DNA from: Desulfatiglandales bacterium | Lineage (GTDB): Bacteria > Desulfobacterota > DSM-4660 > Desulfatiglandales > Desulfatiglandaceae | NCBI GenBank assembly: GCA_038252125.1 | Contig: JBBSAR010000001.1 | Coordinates: 1 to 42,810, forward strand | DNA: 42,810 nucleotides | Direction: 5' to 3' | Notes under the pieces: generated by a model | Seen by the model: only the letters and a program-made list of their open reading frames with translations | What the model was told of the DNA's origin: nothing | Databases searched by the model: none | In this document: positions 1-8,106 of the stretch, piece after piece | How the letters are laid out: each line of letters opens with the position of its first letter | Numbering within the stretch: the first letter of the stretch is position 1 | Translations under genes and position numbers: made by a program

Positions 1-120
1 CCGTAGTATCATCTATATGATGCAATGTGTTTGCTGAAAAATCAGGACCGTGAGTAGCTTGGCCTGAAAGACAAAGAAAGCATCCCCCACATCCGGATCA
101 AAGTGGCTTTTTTGTTATTA

Positions 121-333
121 TTACAAGTCTTCCCTATAGCCTCGTTGAAACTCAGATTTAGCCTTTTTAAAGCTGTTTTTGTACATATCCCAGATGGTTT
201 CTGCTCCTTGCTTGAGATCCTCCCAGGTATTTTCACTTACATCACGGATCTTTTGCATGAGCCTTTTGCTGCCATTTAGATCTCCTGAAGCATGCTTGAT
301 TTTGCTTTTGGGCTTGCCGGCGGTCTCGCCCAT
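121..333 (-). CDS. small hypothetical protein (~70 aa, K/E-rich)
   Basis: This is the 3' part of the 121..666 ORF, starting at the internal ATG at 333 (MGETAGKPKSKIKH...YREDL). The upstream 110 aa of the long ORF look non-protein-like and run across a palindrome. No family recognised. Confidence 0.3.
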   Translation of the reverse strand: MGETAGKPKSKIKHASGDLNGSKRLMQKIRDVSENTWEDLKQGAETIWDMYKNSFKKAKSEFQRGYREDL

Positions 334-576
334 TTTTTGCCTATTTAAAGACCTACCCCTTTCCCGTCCTAAGGTCAACCAGGAAAAAAGCCAAGTCTCA
401 TCAAAGAATGATATAAACTTTCCGGGGTTTGCCTTCAAGGGGATCAAAATCCGATCTATTGTCTTTGAAATTGTATTATCGGATAGCAGCTTCTTCCTGA
501 TTGACACCATTATAAAATAGGTGGCAATTTTATACCCTCTCCCAACATCACACCCCTTGCCTGACCGATGCGATTG

Positions 577-615
577 TGGTGGCCATATGTGGCCATTCGC
601 CATATATGGCCACCA
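577..615. repeat. perfect 12-bp inverted repeat (TGGTGGCCATAT / ATATGGCCACCA) with 15-nt spacer
   Basis: Read directly: 577-588 is the exact reverse complement of 604-615. The spacer contains a further GGCCAT unit. It lies in non-coding DNA between divergent genes. Confidence 0.7.
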
Positions 616-847
616 TTCCGCGTCGCTCCGCCCCTCTTCCACTAACCCTCCAATTTGACTATTCATTGAGATGTTAAGTTCTTATCCCAAATAGGGACAG
701 CGATTCCCCCGTCTGGCACGAAGCTTGGATATACATATAGTTATCTGTTTGATTTTTTGACGGCAAACAGGACGAACTGATTCGTGCATTCGGGCATACG
801 CCATGAACAAAACCTTTGAAGGGAATTTCCCGGAGAGGAGAACTTCC

Positions 848-1201
848 ATGATTATCGTGAGGATTAGAATGAAGGCGCTCATGGAAAAACGAACGGAGAT
901 CATGCAAACGCTCCTCTCGATGATTGAGCCGGCGGGAAATGAGAAAGGGTGTCTGAATTATGACGTTTTTTCCGATATCCAAGGAAATGCTGTTTTTGAT
1001 CTGATCGAGGAGTGGGAAACCCGTGAAGACCTGGATCGTCATATAGGATCCGAAAGATTCAGTGTTTTGTTAGGGACGAAGAGCCTTTTGGACAGACCTT
1101 TGGAAATGAAAATCCATACGGTCTCCCGTTCGGAAGGGGCGGAGGTCATCAATGCCATCAGGGGCAAGGGAATCTCCAAGAGAACTTCTAAAAAGGACTA
1201 A
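848..1201 (+). CDS. antibiotic-biosynthesis-monooxygenase (ABM/Dabb) fold protein, YgiN-like
   Basis: MIIVRIRMKAL...GCLNYDVFSDIQGNAVFDLIEEWETREDLDRHIGSERF matches the ABM domain pattern (beta-alpha-beta ferredoxin-like, E-x-W-x-x-x-x-x-L-x-x-H). GGAGAGGAG lies 8 nt upstream of the ATG at 848. The ORF-track start at 803 lacks an RBS. Confidence 0.7.
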   Translation: MIIVRIRMKALMEKRTEIMQTLLSMIEPAGNEKGCLNYDVFSDIQGNAVFDLIEEWETREDLDRHIGSERFSVLLGTKSLLDRPLEMKIHTVSRSEGAEVINAIRGKGISKRTSKKD

Positions 1202-1266
1202 GATGGTTTGGATGAAAAGTCATCACAGGAAAAAACAGCACCACATAATACGAGGAGGTATTATCG

Positions 1267-1620
1267 ATGAAAACGGAATCACAGAGTAAAATCAAGTATG
1301 GCGTTTGGGGTGTTATTGTCGGGGCAATCATCGTAATGATCACCGGTTTTGCGTGGGGAGGCTGGTCAACCTCCGGCACAACACAAAAGATGACCGACGC
1401 AGCGGTCCTGGCAAGCCAGGCGGAGATCTGCGTCGGCCAATTCATGGCGCAAACAGACCATGAGGCGAAACTCAAAGAATTAGGAGCCATGGATTCATGG
1501 AAGAGGTCAGAATTCATCCAAACCGGAGGCTGGGACAAAATGCCCGGGCAGACGGAAAAACCAGACTATACCGTGAGCCGGGTATGCGCCGATGGACTTA
1601 GCCTTCTTATTAAGAAGTGA
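1267..1620 (+). CDS. hypothetical protein with a single N-terminal transmembrane helix
   Basis: GAGGAGG RBS upstream. Hydrophobic stretch YGVWGVIVGAIIVMITGFAWGGW followed by a soluble domain. No family recognised. Confidence 0.55.
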   Translation: MKTESQSKIKYGVWGVIVGAIIVMITGFAWGGWSTSGTTQKMTDAAVLASQAEICVGQFMAQTDHEAKLKELGAMDSWKRSEFIQTGGWDKMPGQTEKPDYTVSRVCADGLSLLIKK

Positions 1621-1663
1621 GTCGACTGATAGAAATGATGAATTCGTGAAAAGCCCCCAAGCC

Positions 1664-1758
1664 CGTCATCCCCTTAAAATTTATCTTCGACTTCGATAGG
1701 GGAGTGGGGGTCAGTGAGCCCACTATTTTCCTGGATTCCTGCGTTTACGGGTTTGACG
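1664..1758. repeat. degenerate REP/MITE-like element of the 'GGATTCCCGC..GCGGGAATGACG' type
   Basis: TGGATTCCTGCGTTTACGGGTTTGACG (1732-1758) translates to WIPAFTGLT. That is one step from the 'WIPAFAGMT' pseudo-peptide produced by a dispersed repeat common in Syntrophus-like and other genomes. The left end CGTCATCCCC (1664-1673) is an imperfect inverted partner of the right end. Confidence 0.35.
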
Positions 1759-1862
1759 AAAATGGATGTTTTTTGACTTTTTGCAAGTTCATCAGCATTG
1801 AAAGGAACCTAAAAGCTAACGACAAATTGCAGATTTTGAATGACAAAGAATAAGGAGACAAT

Positions 1863-1988
1863 ATGGGAGACAAGGGAAAAAAAGATATAGGCAGGCGCGA
1901 AGACCAGAAGAAAAGCAAGCAAACACCAAAGGAAAAACGGAAGGAAAAGAAAGATAAAACAAAATCGATTTGGGAAAATGAGAAATAG
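1863..1988 (+). CDS. 41-aa lysine/glutamate-rich micro-protein (not in ORF track)
   Basis: My translation: MGDKGKKDIGRREDQKKSKQTPKEKRKEKKDKTKSIWENEK*. A TAAGGAG Shine-Dalgarno lies 6-7 nt upstream of the ATG, and the TAG stop is at 1986-1988. It sits 24 nt upstream of the first glycosyltransferase gene. Confidence 0.4.
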   Translation: MGDKGKKDIGRREDQKKSKQTPKEKRKEKKDKTKSIWENEK

Positions 1989-2012
1989 ACGTGAAATGAA
2001 AAGGTAGCGGTT

Positions 2013-4316
2013 ATGGCATCTGTTATTAAGTATTATGAAGGAATCAACTCGGTTGCCGTCATCGGCAACTATCTGCCCCGCCAGTGCGGCATCGCGACCT
2101 TCACCACGGATCTGGTCGAGGCGTTATCATTGGAGGCTCCCGATATTTACTGCTGGGCGGCAGCCATGAATGACAACCCCGAAGGGTATGCCTATCCCGA
2201 AAAAGTTCGCTTTGAGATCAATCAGAACAAGTTGTCCGATTATAGTGTGGCCTCCCAATTCCTCAATATCAGCCAGACGGATATTGTCTGCGTGCAGCAC
2301 GAATACGGCCTTTTCGGGGGGGTTGCCGGCAGCCATCTGCTGAAACTATTGGGGGATCTGCGCATGCCGGTGGTGACTACGCTGCATACGGTTTTGAAGG
2401 ACCCCGCGCCGGAATATCGCGCCGTCATGTGCAAGTTGGCCGATCTGTCGGACAAACTGGTGGTGATGAGCCACAAGGCCGTTGATTTTCTCAAAGATAT
2501 CTATGGAGTTCCCGAGGAGAAGATTGCCTTTATCCATCACGGCATTCCGGACACGCCGTTTATTGATTCAAGCTTCTACAAAGACAAGTTCGGCGTGGAA
2601 GGGAAAAAGGTGCTGCTCACTTTCGGTTTGCTTTCCCCGAATAAGGGCATCGAAAATGTATTGCAGGCCCTTCCGACGGTTATCAAGAATCATCCTGATC
2701 TGGTCTATATCATCCTTGGAGCAACCCATCCCAATATTTTGAAATTTCACGGGGATGCCTACCGTATCATGCTGCAGCAACTGGTGCATAAACTCCATAT
2801 CGGCGAACATGTCATTTTTCAAAATCGTTTTGTTGAACTGAAAGAGTTGTGCGAGTTCTTGGGCATCGCCGATATCTATGTCACTCCTTATCTTGAAGAA
2901 GCCCAGATTACCTCCGGGACCCTTGCCTACGCCATGGGTACAGGCAAGGCAGTTATTTCCACCCCGTACTGGTATGCCACGGAGATGCTTGCCGAGGGCA
3001 GGGGCCGGATTGTACCTTTCAACAATCCGGATGCCATGGCGGAACAAATTACCGGCCTTTTGGACAACGATATAGAACGGCACTCCATACGCAAAAAAGC
3101 CTACACATTCAGTCGTGACGCAGTCTGGAAGGAGGTCGCTCGAAAATATCTCCAGGTTTTCAGTGAAGTGCGGCAAAACCGCACTCGAAATCCCCGTCCC
3201 CGGCATTCCTATGTGGAAAACATCATGGCCATCACGAACTTCGAGCTTCCGGAGATCAAACTGGATCACTTGAAAGCCTTTACCGATGATACCGGCATCA
3301 TGCAACATGCAACCTACACCATTCCCGATCGCACCCATGGCTACTGCACCGATGATAATGCCAGAGCGCTGCTGGTTGCCGCCATGTGTCAAAAATACCT
3401 GCCAACAAACGGCTCGAGACTTGATCTTCTCAGCGATCATTATCTCGGATTTCTTCTGTATGCCTATAATGAAAAAACTGGGCGCTTTCGCAATTTCATG
3501 ACTTATTCGCGGCAGTGGATGGATGAGATCGCGTCCGAGGATGCGCATGGCAGAACGCTCTGGTGCCTTGGCAAATCGTTGGCTTTTCTTCAAAATCCAG
3601 GGCATCTCGCAGTGAGCACGACCCTTTTCAAAAAGGCACTGGGAGCTGTCGAGAATTTTCAATCGCCCCGCGCTATCGCTTTTTGTCTGGTGGGCATGCA
3701 CGCTTACCTGGATAAATTTTCCGGCGACAGTGATGCGCGCAGGATCCGGGAAGTTCTTGCCGACAGGCTTTTCAATCAGTTTAAAAACAATGGAACAGAC
3801 GATTGGCCCTGGCTTGAGAACGCCCTGAACTATGCTAACGGCAAACTGTCCCATGCCCTGCTGCTGTCCGGCCAGCGGATGCAACGCAACGACATGATCG
3901 ATATGGGACTCAACTCCCTCAACTGGCTCCTTGCCATCCAGACCGAAGACAATCATTTTGTGCCCATCGGCAGCAACGGTTGGTATGAAAAAGGCGGCCC
4001 CAGAGCACGTTTCGATCAGCAGCCCATTGAGGCCAATGCCATGGTCGAGGCCTGCGTGGAGGCTTTTAATATCACCCGGGACCAGGCATGGTTTGAGAAT
4101 GCAGTCATGTGTTTTAACTGGTTTCTCGGACACAACGACCTCAACTTGCCGCTCTATGATCCCAAGACCGGCGGCTGCCGGGATGGATTGATGGCGGACG
4201 GCATCAACCAGAATGAAGGGGCCGAGTCTTCCCTTGCGTGGCTGCTTTCGCTGATGACATTGCAGAAGCTTTATGCGGACGAGATTTTGAACCAGCCGTT
4301 GTCTGAACCTTTATGA
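2013..4316 (+). CDS. GT4 (group 1) glycosyltransferase fused to a C-terminal six-hairpin (alpha/alpha)6-like domain
   Basis: The N-terminal ~390 aa have a GT-B/GT4 pattern (VIGNYLPRQCGIATFT..., EAQITSGTLAYAMGTGKAVISTP E-x7-E-like region). The C-terminal ~370 aa are helical repeats with conserved W/D/N/E (GYCTDDNARAL, WPWLENALNYANGKL, QQPIEANAMVEA, NQNEGAESSLAWL), typical of six-hairpin glycosidase-like toroids. Confidence 0.85.
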   Translation: MASVIKYYEGINSVAVIGNYLPRQCGIATFTTDLVEALSLEAPDIYCWAAAMNDNPEGYAYPEKVRFEINQNKLSDYSVASQFLNISQTDIVCVQHEYGLFGGVAGSHLLKLLGDLRMPVVTTLHTVLKDPAPEYRAVMCKLADLSDKLVVMSHKAVDFLKDIYGVPEEKIAFIHHGIPDTPFIDSSFYKDKFGVEGKKVLLTFGLLSPNKGIENVLQALPTVIKNHPDLVYIILGATHPNILKFHGDAYRIMLQQLVHKLHIGEHVIFQNRFVELKELCEFLGIADIYVTPYLEEAQITSGTLAYAMGTGKAVISTPYWYATEMLAEGRGRIVPFNNPDAMAEQITGLLDNDIERHSIRKKAYTFSRDAVWKEVARKYLQVFSEVRQNRTRNPRPRHSYVENIMAITNFELPEIKLDHLKAFTDDTGIMQHATYTIPDRTHGYCTDDNARALLVAAMCQKYLPTNGSRLDLLSDHYLGFLLYAYNEKTGRFRNFMTYSRQWMDEIASEDAHGRTLWCLGKSLAFLQNPGHLAVSTTLFKKALGAVENFQSPRAIAFCLVGMHAYLDKFSGDSDARRIREVLADRLFNQFKNNGTDDWPWLENALNYANGKLSHALLLSGQRMQRNDMIDMGLNSLNWLLAIQTEDNHFVPIGSNGWYEKGGPRARFDQQPIEANAMVEACVEAFNITRDQAWFENAVMCFNWFLGHNDLNLPLYDPKTGGCRDGLMADGINQNEGAESSLAWLLSLMTLQKLYADEILNQPLSEPL

Positions 4317-4414
4317 GTCACATTCAGAGACGGTTGATCTGAGGACGGCAACAATCCAGCAACAAAAGAAGAAAATAGCTGAAAAAGGAACACGGATTGG
4401 CAAAAGGATCAGAT

Positions 4415-5434
4415 ATGCATATCGCAATGCTCTCGCCCATCGCCTGGCGCACTCCGCCACGCCATTATGGCCCTTGGGAAAACGTGGCCTCCCTTTTGAC
4501 CGAGGGGCTGGTCGCGCGTGGTCATGCTGTTACCCTGTTTGCGACCAGGGATTCGCTGACCAGCGGCACGCTGCATGCCGTTTGTCCGCGGGGTTATGAA
4601 GAAGATCGCTCACTCAACCCAAAAGTTTGGGAATGCCTGCACATTTCAGAACTCTTTGAGGATGCCGATGCGTACGACATGGTTCACAACCATTTTGATT
4701 TCCTGCCATTGACCTATACCGGCCTGACGACCACCCCGGTGGTGACCACTATTCACGGCTTTTCATCGCCCAAGATTCTGCCGGTTTACAAAAAATACAA
4801 CGGCAAAGTGTTCTATGTTTCCATCAGCGACGCCGATCGATCGCCGGATCTTGATTATATCGAAACCATTCATCACGGCATTGATATCAAGCAGTTTGAT
4901 TTTCAGCCTGCACCGGATAACAGCCTGCTTTTTTTCGGGCGCATTCACAATGACAAGGGCGCCCGGCAAGCGATTGAAATCGCCGGGGCCTGCCATAAAA
5001 AGCTCATAATGGCCGGAATTATTCAGGACCAGGCCTACCATGATCAATATGTGGCCCCGTACATAGACAACGATAAGGTGGTTTATGTCGGCAGCGTCGG
5101 ACCCGTTGAGCGCAACCGGCTCTTAGGCAGGGCCTGCGCGCTATTGCACCCCATACAGTTTGATGAGCCTTTCGGTCTGTCCGTTATCGAATCCATGGCC
5201 TGCGGTACGCCCGTGATCGCATTTGACAGGGGCAGCATGCCTGAACTTATCGAAAACGGCAAAAATGGTTTTTTGGTCCATAACGTGGATGAGGCCATAG
5301 AGGCGGTTGCCCGTATTAAAGAGATTGATCGCGCAACCTGTCGTCGCCATGTTGAACGGCATTTCACCGTCGACCACATGGTCGAACAATACATAAAAGT
5401 CTATGAAATGATTTTACAGGACAGAACCCCATGA
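4415..5434 (+). CDS. GT4 (group 1) glycosyltransferase
   Basis: MHIAMLSPIAWRTPPRHYGPWENV..., HNHFDF, and EPFGLSVIESMACGTPVIAFDRGSMPELIENGKNGFLV (E-x7-E). The ATG at 4415 has an AAAGGA RBS and is preferred over the TTG at 4397. The stop overlaps the next start (ATGA). Confidence 0.85.
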   Translation: MHIAMLSPIAWRTPPRHYGPWENVASLLTEGLVARGHAVTLFATRDSLTSGTLHAVCPRGYEEDRSLNPKVWECLHISELFEDADAYDMVHNHFDFLPLTYTGLTTTPVVTTIHGFSSPKILPVYKKYNGKVFYVSISDADRSPDLDYIETIHHGIDIKQFDFQPAPDNSLLFFGRIHNDKGARQAIEIAGACHKKLIMAGIIQDQAYHDQYVAPYIDNDKVVYVGSVGPVERNRLLGRACALLHPIQFDEPFGLSVIESMACGTPVIAFDRGSMPELIENGKNGFLVHNVDEAIEAVARIKEIDRATCRRHVERHFTVDHMVEQYIKVYEMILQDRTP

Positions 5435-6372
5435 AAACGCATAACCCGATCATCACGCGTTTTAAGGATAACCCCATACTTACAAGAAAAGATGTTCCCT
5501 ATCCGGTCGCTACCGTTCACAATGCCGGCATCGTCAAATACAACGATCATTACGTTATGCTCTTTCGGTCTCATCTGCGAAACGGGCGCTCCATCATCGG
5601 CAGGGCCGAAAGCGCAGATGGCTTTTCATTTACGGTTCATCCCGAACCCTTTCTCGTTCCTTCAACGGACACTGTGTTTGCCGAATATGAAGCGTTCGGG
5701 GTCGAAGACCTCCGAATTTGCCCTGTGGAGGGAGAGTACCTGCTGACCTACAGCGCCTATTCCCGTCATGGCGTGCGGATTGCCCTGGCCCGCACCAGGG
5801 ATTTTGAAAAAGTGGAACGTATTTCCCTGATCACCCAGGCCGACCTCCGCAATGTGGTTATTTTCCCCGAAAAGTTCGGCAATCGGTATGTGCGTCTGGA
5901 CCGGCCCCATTCCGAGATTTCGCCCTGGTCGATCTGGATTTCCTACTCTCCCGACCTCGTGCACTGGGGAGATTCCCGGGTGATCATGAAACCGGTTGCC
6001 TATCACTGGGATGAAATGAAAATCGGGCCTGGAGCGCCGCCATTCAAGACCGACAAAGGCTGGCTTCATATTTATCATGGCGTTTTTAAGACCATGGCCG
6101 GGGCAGTCTATCGTCTCGGCGCGGCCCTGCATGACCTTGATGATCCGGCGACCATCATCGGCGTTTGCGACGAGTGGATATTGCAGCCCGAGGATCCCTG
6201 GGAGATAACCGGCTATGTGCCCAATGTGGTTTTTACCTGCGGCGCCGTTCCTGAAGACGACGGTACGGTAAAAATATATTGGGGAGGGGCGGATACGGTC
6301 ATGTGCGCCGGCACGGCTGTCATCGATGAATTGGTTGACCTTTGTTTGTCGGACTCCCGATCGCCGCTGTAG
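5431..6372 (+). CDS. GH130-family glycoside phosphorylase/hydrolase-like protein (PH1107-related 'glycosidase')
   Basis: NPILTRKDVPY...VHNAGIVKYNDHYVMLFR..., FGVEDLRI, YLLTYSAY, IFPEKFGNRYVRLDRP, KIGPGAPP, GWLHIYHGV, YRLGAALHDLDDP and VPNVVFTCG match the five-bladed beta-propeller GH130 signature. Confidence 0.88.
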   Translation: MKTHNPIITRFKDNPILTRKDVPYPVATVHNAGIVKYNDHYVMLFRSHLRNGRSIIGRAESADGFSFTVHPEPFLVPSTDTVFAEYEAFGVEDLRICPVEGEYLLTYSAYSRHGVRIALARTRDFEKVERISLITQADLRNVVIFPEKFGNRYVRLDRPHSEISPWSIWISYSPDLVHWGDSRVIMKPVAYHWDEMKIGPGAPPFKTDKGWLHIYHGVFKTMAGAVYRLGAALHDLDDPATIIGVCDEWILQPEDPWEITGYVPNVVFTCGAVPEDDGTVKIYWGGADTVMCAGTAVIDELVDLCLSDSRSPL

Positions 6373-6468
6373 GCGAGGATCAAATATTGGGGCTTGATCA
6401 TGGTTTAGGCCGGAGCTTCTTGATCCTTTGGCCGAAATTATTACGATTTCTTAAATTGCAATTCGTTA

Positions 6469-7041
6469 ATGGATAAGAGAGTGAATAATACCCAAGACAA
6501 ATATGTAAGATATAATCTTATTAAAGACATTCTGGCAACCGTTGGAATAGTAAGAGCGATGGATGTTCATGAAATGAACAGGTTTGCCTTAAAAATAACA
6601 AAACACAAATTATTTTTTACAGGCGAAGGTTCTTCCAGGATTTTTCCGGCTCACAACACCGTTTATAATGCCTTAAGGTTTTCTCCTACAATTGCAGCCG
6701 TGACTGAAAGCGCCATTCAGGCGCTGGAATATGATCTTGAAAATTATACCGTATTTGCTGCTTCAAATTCCGGGAAAACCGAAGAGGTCATCAGCTTGAT
6801 TCAACATCTACTTTCCAAAAAACATGATAATATTATTGCTGTTACGAGCGATGGAACATCACCGATAGCTCAGCTGGTTCATGACACCTATGTATTATCA
6901 TGCGGCCGGGAAGGAGCTGTAGCTGCAACGAAATCAGTTGTTGAGCAAGCATTGTTTTATGACATGCTTCTGAGAAACCGAACCGGTCAGCCGTTGGCGG
7001 ATCCAAATAAGTTGGCTGACTTGCTACAAGTCGTTTTATAG
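6469..7041 (+). CDS. SIS-domain protein, N-terminal half of a GlmS/AgaS-like two-SIS sugar isomerase/deaminase
   Basis: FFTGEGSSRIF and AASNSGKTEEV (the S-x-SG-x-T-x-E SIS motif). It ends at TAG 7039-7041, which is in frame with and directly abuts the next ORF. Confidence 0.75.
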   Translation: MDKRVNNTQDKYVRYNLIKDILATVGIVRAMDVHEMNRFALKITKHKLFFTGEGSSRIFPAHNTVYNALRFSPTIAAVTESAIQALEYDLENYTVFAASNSGKTEEVISLIQHLLSKKHDNIIAVTSDGTSPIAQLVHDTYVLSCGREGAVAATKSVVEQALFYDMLLRNRTGQPLADPNKLADLLQVVL

Positions 7042-7500
7042 ATGAACTTTCCCCGGGAAATAATTGAAACTACAGCTCGCGCAGACGTTATATATTTTTC
7101 GGGGCGCAATAATGGTGTGGCTGAAGAACTCACCTTAAAAGCAAATGAGGTAGCCAGAAAAAAATCAGACTTTTTAGAAGGAACGTATGCTGTCCACGGC
7201 ATCGAAGAGGTCATAACCAATAAAGATGTTCTGATAATCATAGATCCCTTTCATGAGGAAGAAAAAAAATACAGGAGTGTGATGATTGATAGAGTCGGTT
7301 TGCCGATATTTGCTATTTCTCACAAACAATCATCGTTTCCTACGATACTATTGCCTGAATACAAGGGGTTCAATTCGTATCTTCAATTAGTTGCCGGCTG
7401 GAATTTACTGGTTGAAATCGGTTTAATGAATAAGGTTGACTTAGATCACCCACAACGCGCCAGAAAGATCGGGAATGAATTTGAAACGGAAAGTCGGTAA
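7042..7500 (+). CDS. SIS-domain protein, C-terminal half of the same two-SIS architecture
   Basis: FSGRNNGVAEELTLKANEVARKKSDFLEGTYAVHGIEEVI resembles the second SIS domain of GlmS-type proteins (GRG..A.EGALK.KE....AE......HGP). The ATG at 7042 immediately follows the TAG in the same frame. The two halves total 190+152 aa, the size of a single two-SIS protein. Confidence 0.7.
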   Translation: MNFPREIIETTARADVIYFSGRNNGVAEELTLKANEVARKKSDFLEGTYAVHGIEEVITNKDVLIIIDPFHEEEKKYRSVMIDRVGLPIFAISHKQSSFPTILLPEYKGFNSYLQLVAGWNLLVEIGLMNKVDLDHPQRARKIGNEFETESR

Positions 7501-8104
7501 AAATGCAGCAGTAATTGTAGCGCATCCGGACGATGAAACGCTTTGGGCAGGTGGAACTATCCTGATGGAAACGGATTATAGCTGGCAGATTATGTCATTG
7601 TGTCGGGGCGATGACCCTGAACGATCACCAAGATTCTTCAATGCGCTTAACATATTAAAAGCTGAAGGCAAAATGGGCAATTTAGATGACGGTCCGGACC
7701 AAGAACCGCTTTCCCCCGAAGGGATTAAAGCATCTATCCTGGCTGTAACGCCGCCACTGGAATATGACATCATTATCACGCATAGCCCGCATGGTGAATA
7801 CACCCGACACAGGAGACACGAGGAAATCGGGAAAGCAGTTATGACATTATGGAAGAATAAGGACTTATTCGCCAGGCAGTTATGGTTATTTGCATATGAA
7901 GACGGTGGGGGGAAATACCTCCCTCATCCGATTCCATCTGCGGATAGGTTGACAAAATTAGGAAAAATAATTTGGCAGAAAAAATATAAGATAATCACTG
8001 AAGTATATAATTTTTCCGCCAACAGTTTTGAAGCTAAAACCGCGCCCGTCTCCGAGGCTTTTTGGTGTTTCGATAGTCCGAAAAATCTCTTTATGGAGGT
8101 ATAA
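7475..8104 (+). CDS. PIG-L/LmbE-family N-acetylglucosaminyl deacetylase
   Basis: AAVIVAHPDDETLWAGG (AHPDDE zinc motif) and a later THSPHGEYTRHRRH histidine cluster. It overlaps the preceding gene by 26 nt. Confidence 0.85.
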   Translation: MNLKRKVGKNAAVIVAHPDDETLWAGGTILMETDYSWQIMSLCRGDDPERSPRFFNALNILKAEGKMGNLDDGPDQEPLSPEGIKASILAVTPPLEYDIIITHSPHGEYTRHRRHEEIGKAVMTLWKNKDLFARQLWLFAYEDGGGKYLPHPIPSADRLTKLGKIIWQKKYKIITEVYNFSANSFEAKTAPVSEAFWCFDSPKNLFMEV

Positions 8105-8106
8105 AC

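Noticed and set aside
121-666. Full-length 181-aa ORF from the track
   Set aside because: The N-terminal ~110 aa (WWPYMANGHIWPPQSHRSGKGC...) look non-protein-like and cross the 577-615 palindrome. I kept only the 3' 70 codons as a low-confidence CDS.
714-729. TGGCACgaagcTTGGA, sigma54-like -24/-12 element upstream of the ABM gene
   Set aside because: The -24 hexamer and the spacing are perfect, but the near-invariant GC of the -12 element is GG here. It is not convincing without PWM scoring or experimental support, though it could be revisited.
2568-4133. 521-aa ORF antisense to the GT4-six-hairpin fusion gene
   Set aside because: It lies entirely inside a well-supported plus-strand CDS. 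The sequence lacks any domain signature and no RBS is evident, so it is a shadow ORF.
7039-7041. Pyrrolysine or other programmed read-through of the in-frame TAG in the SIS gene
   Set aside because: TAG is used as an ordinary stop by several confident genes in this window (e.g. at 6370-6372, 18636-18638, 39942-39944 and 21768-21770). No pyl genes or a PYLIS-like context are visible. A nonsense mutation or genuine split is more parsimonious.
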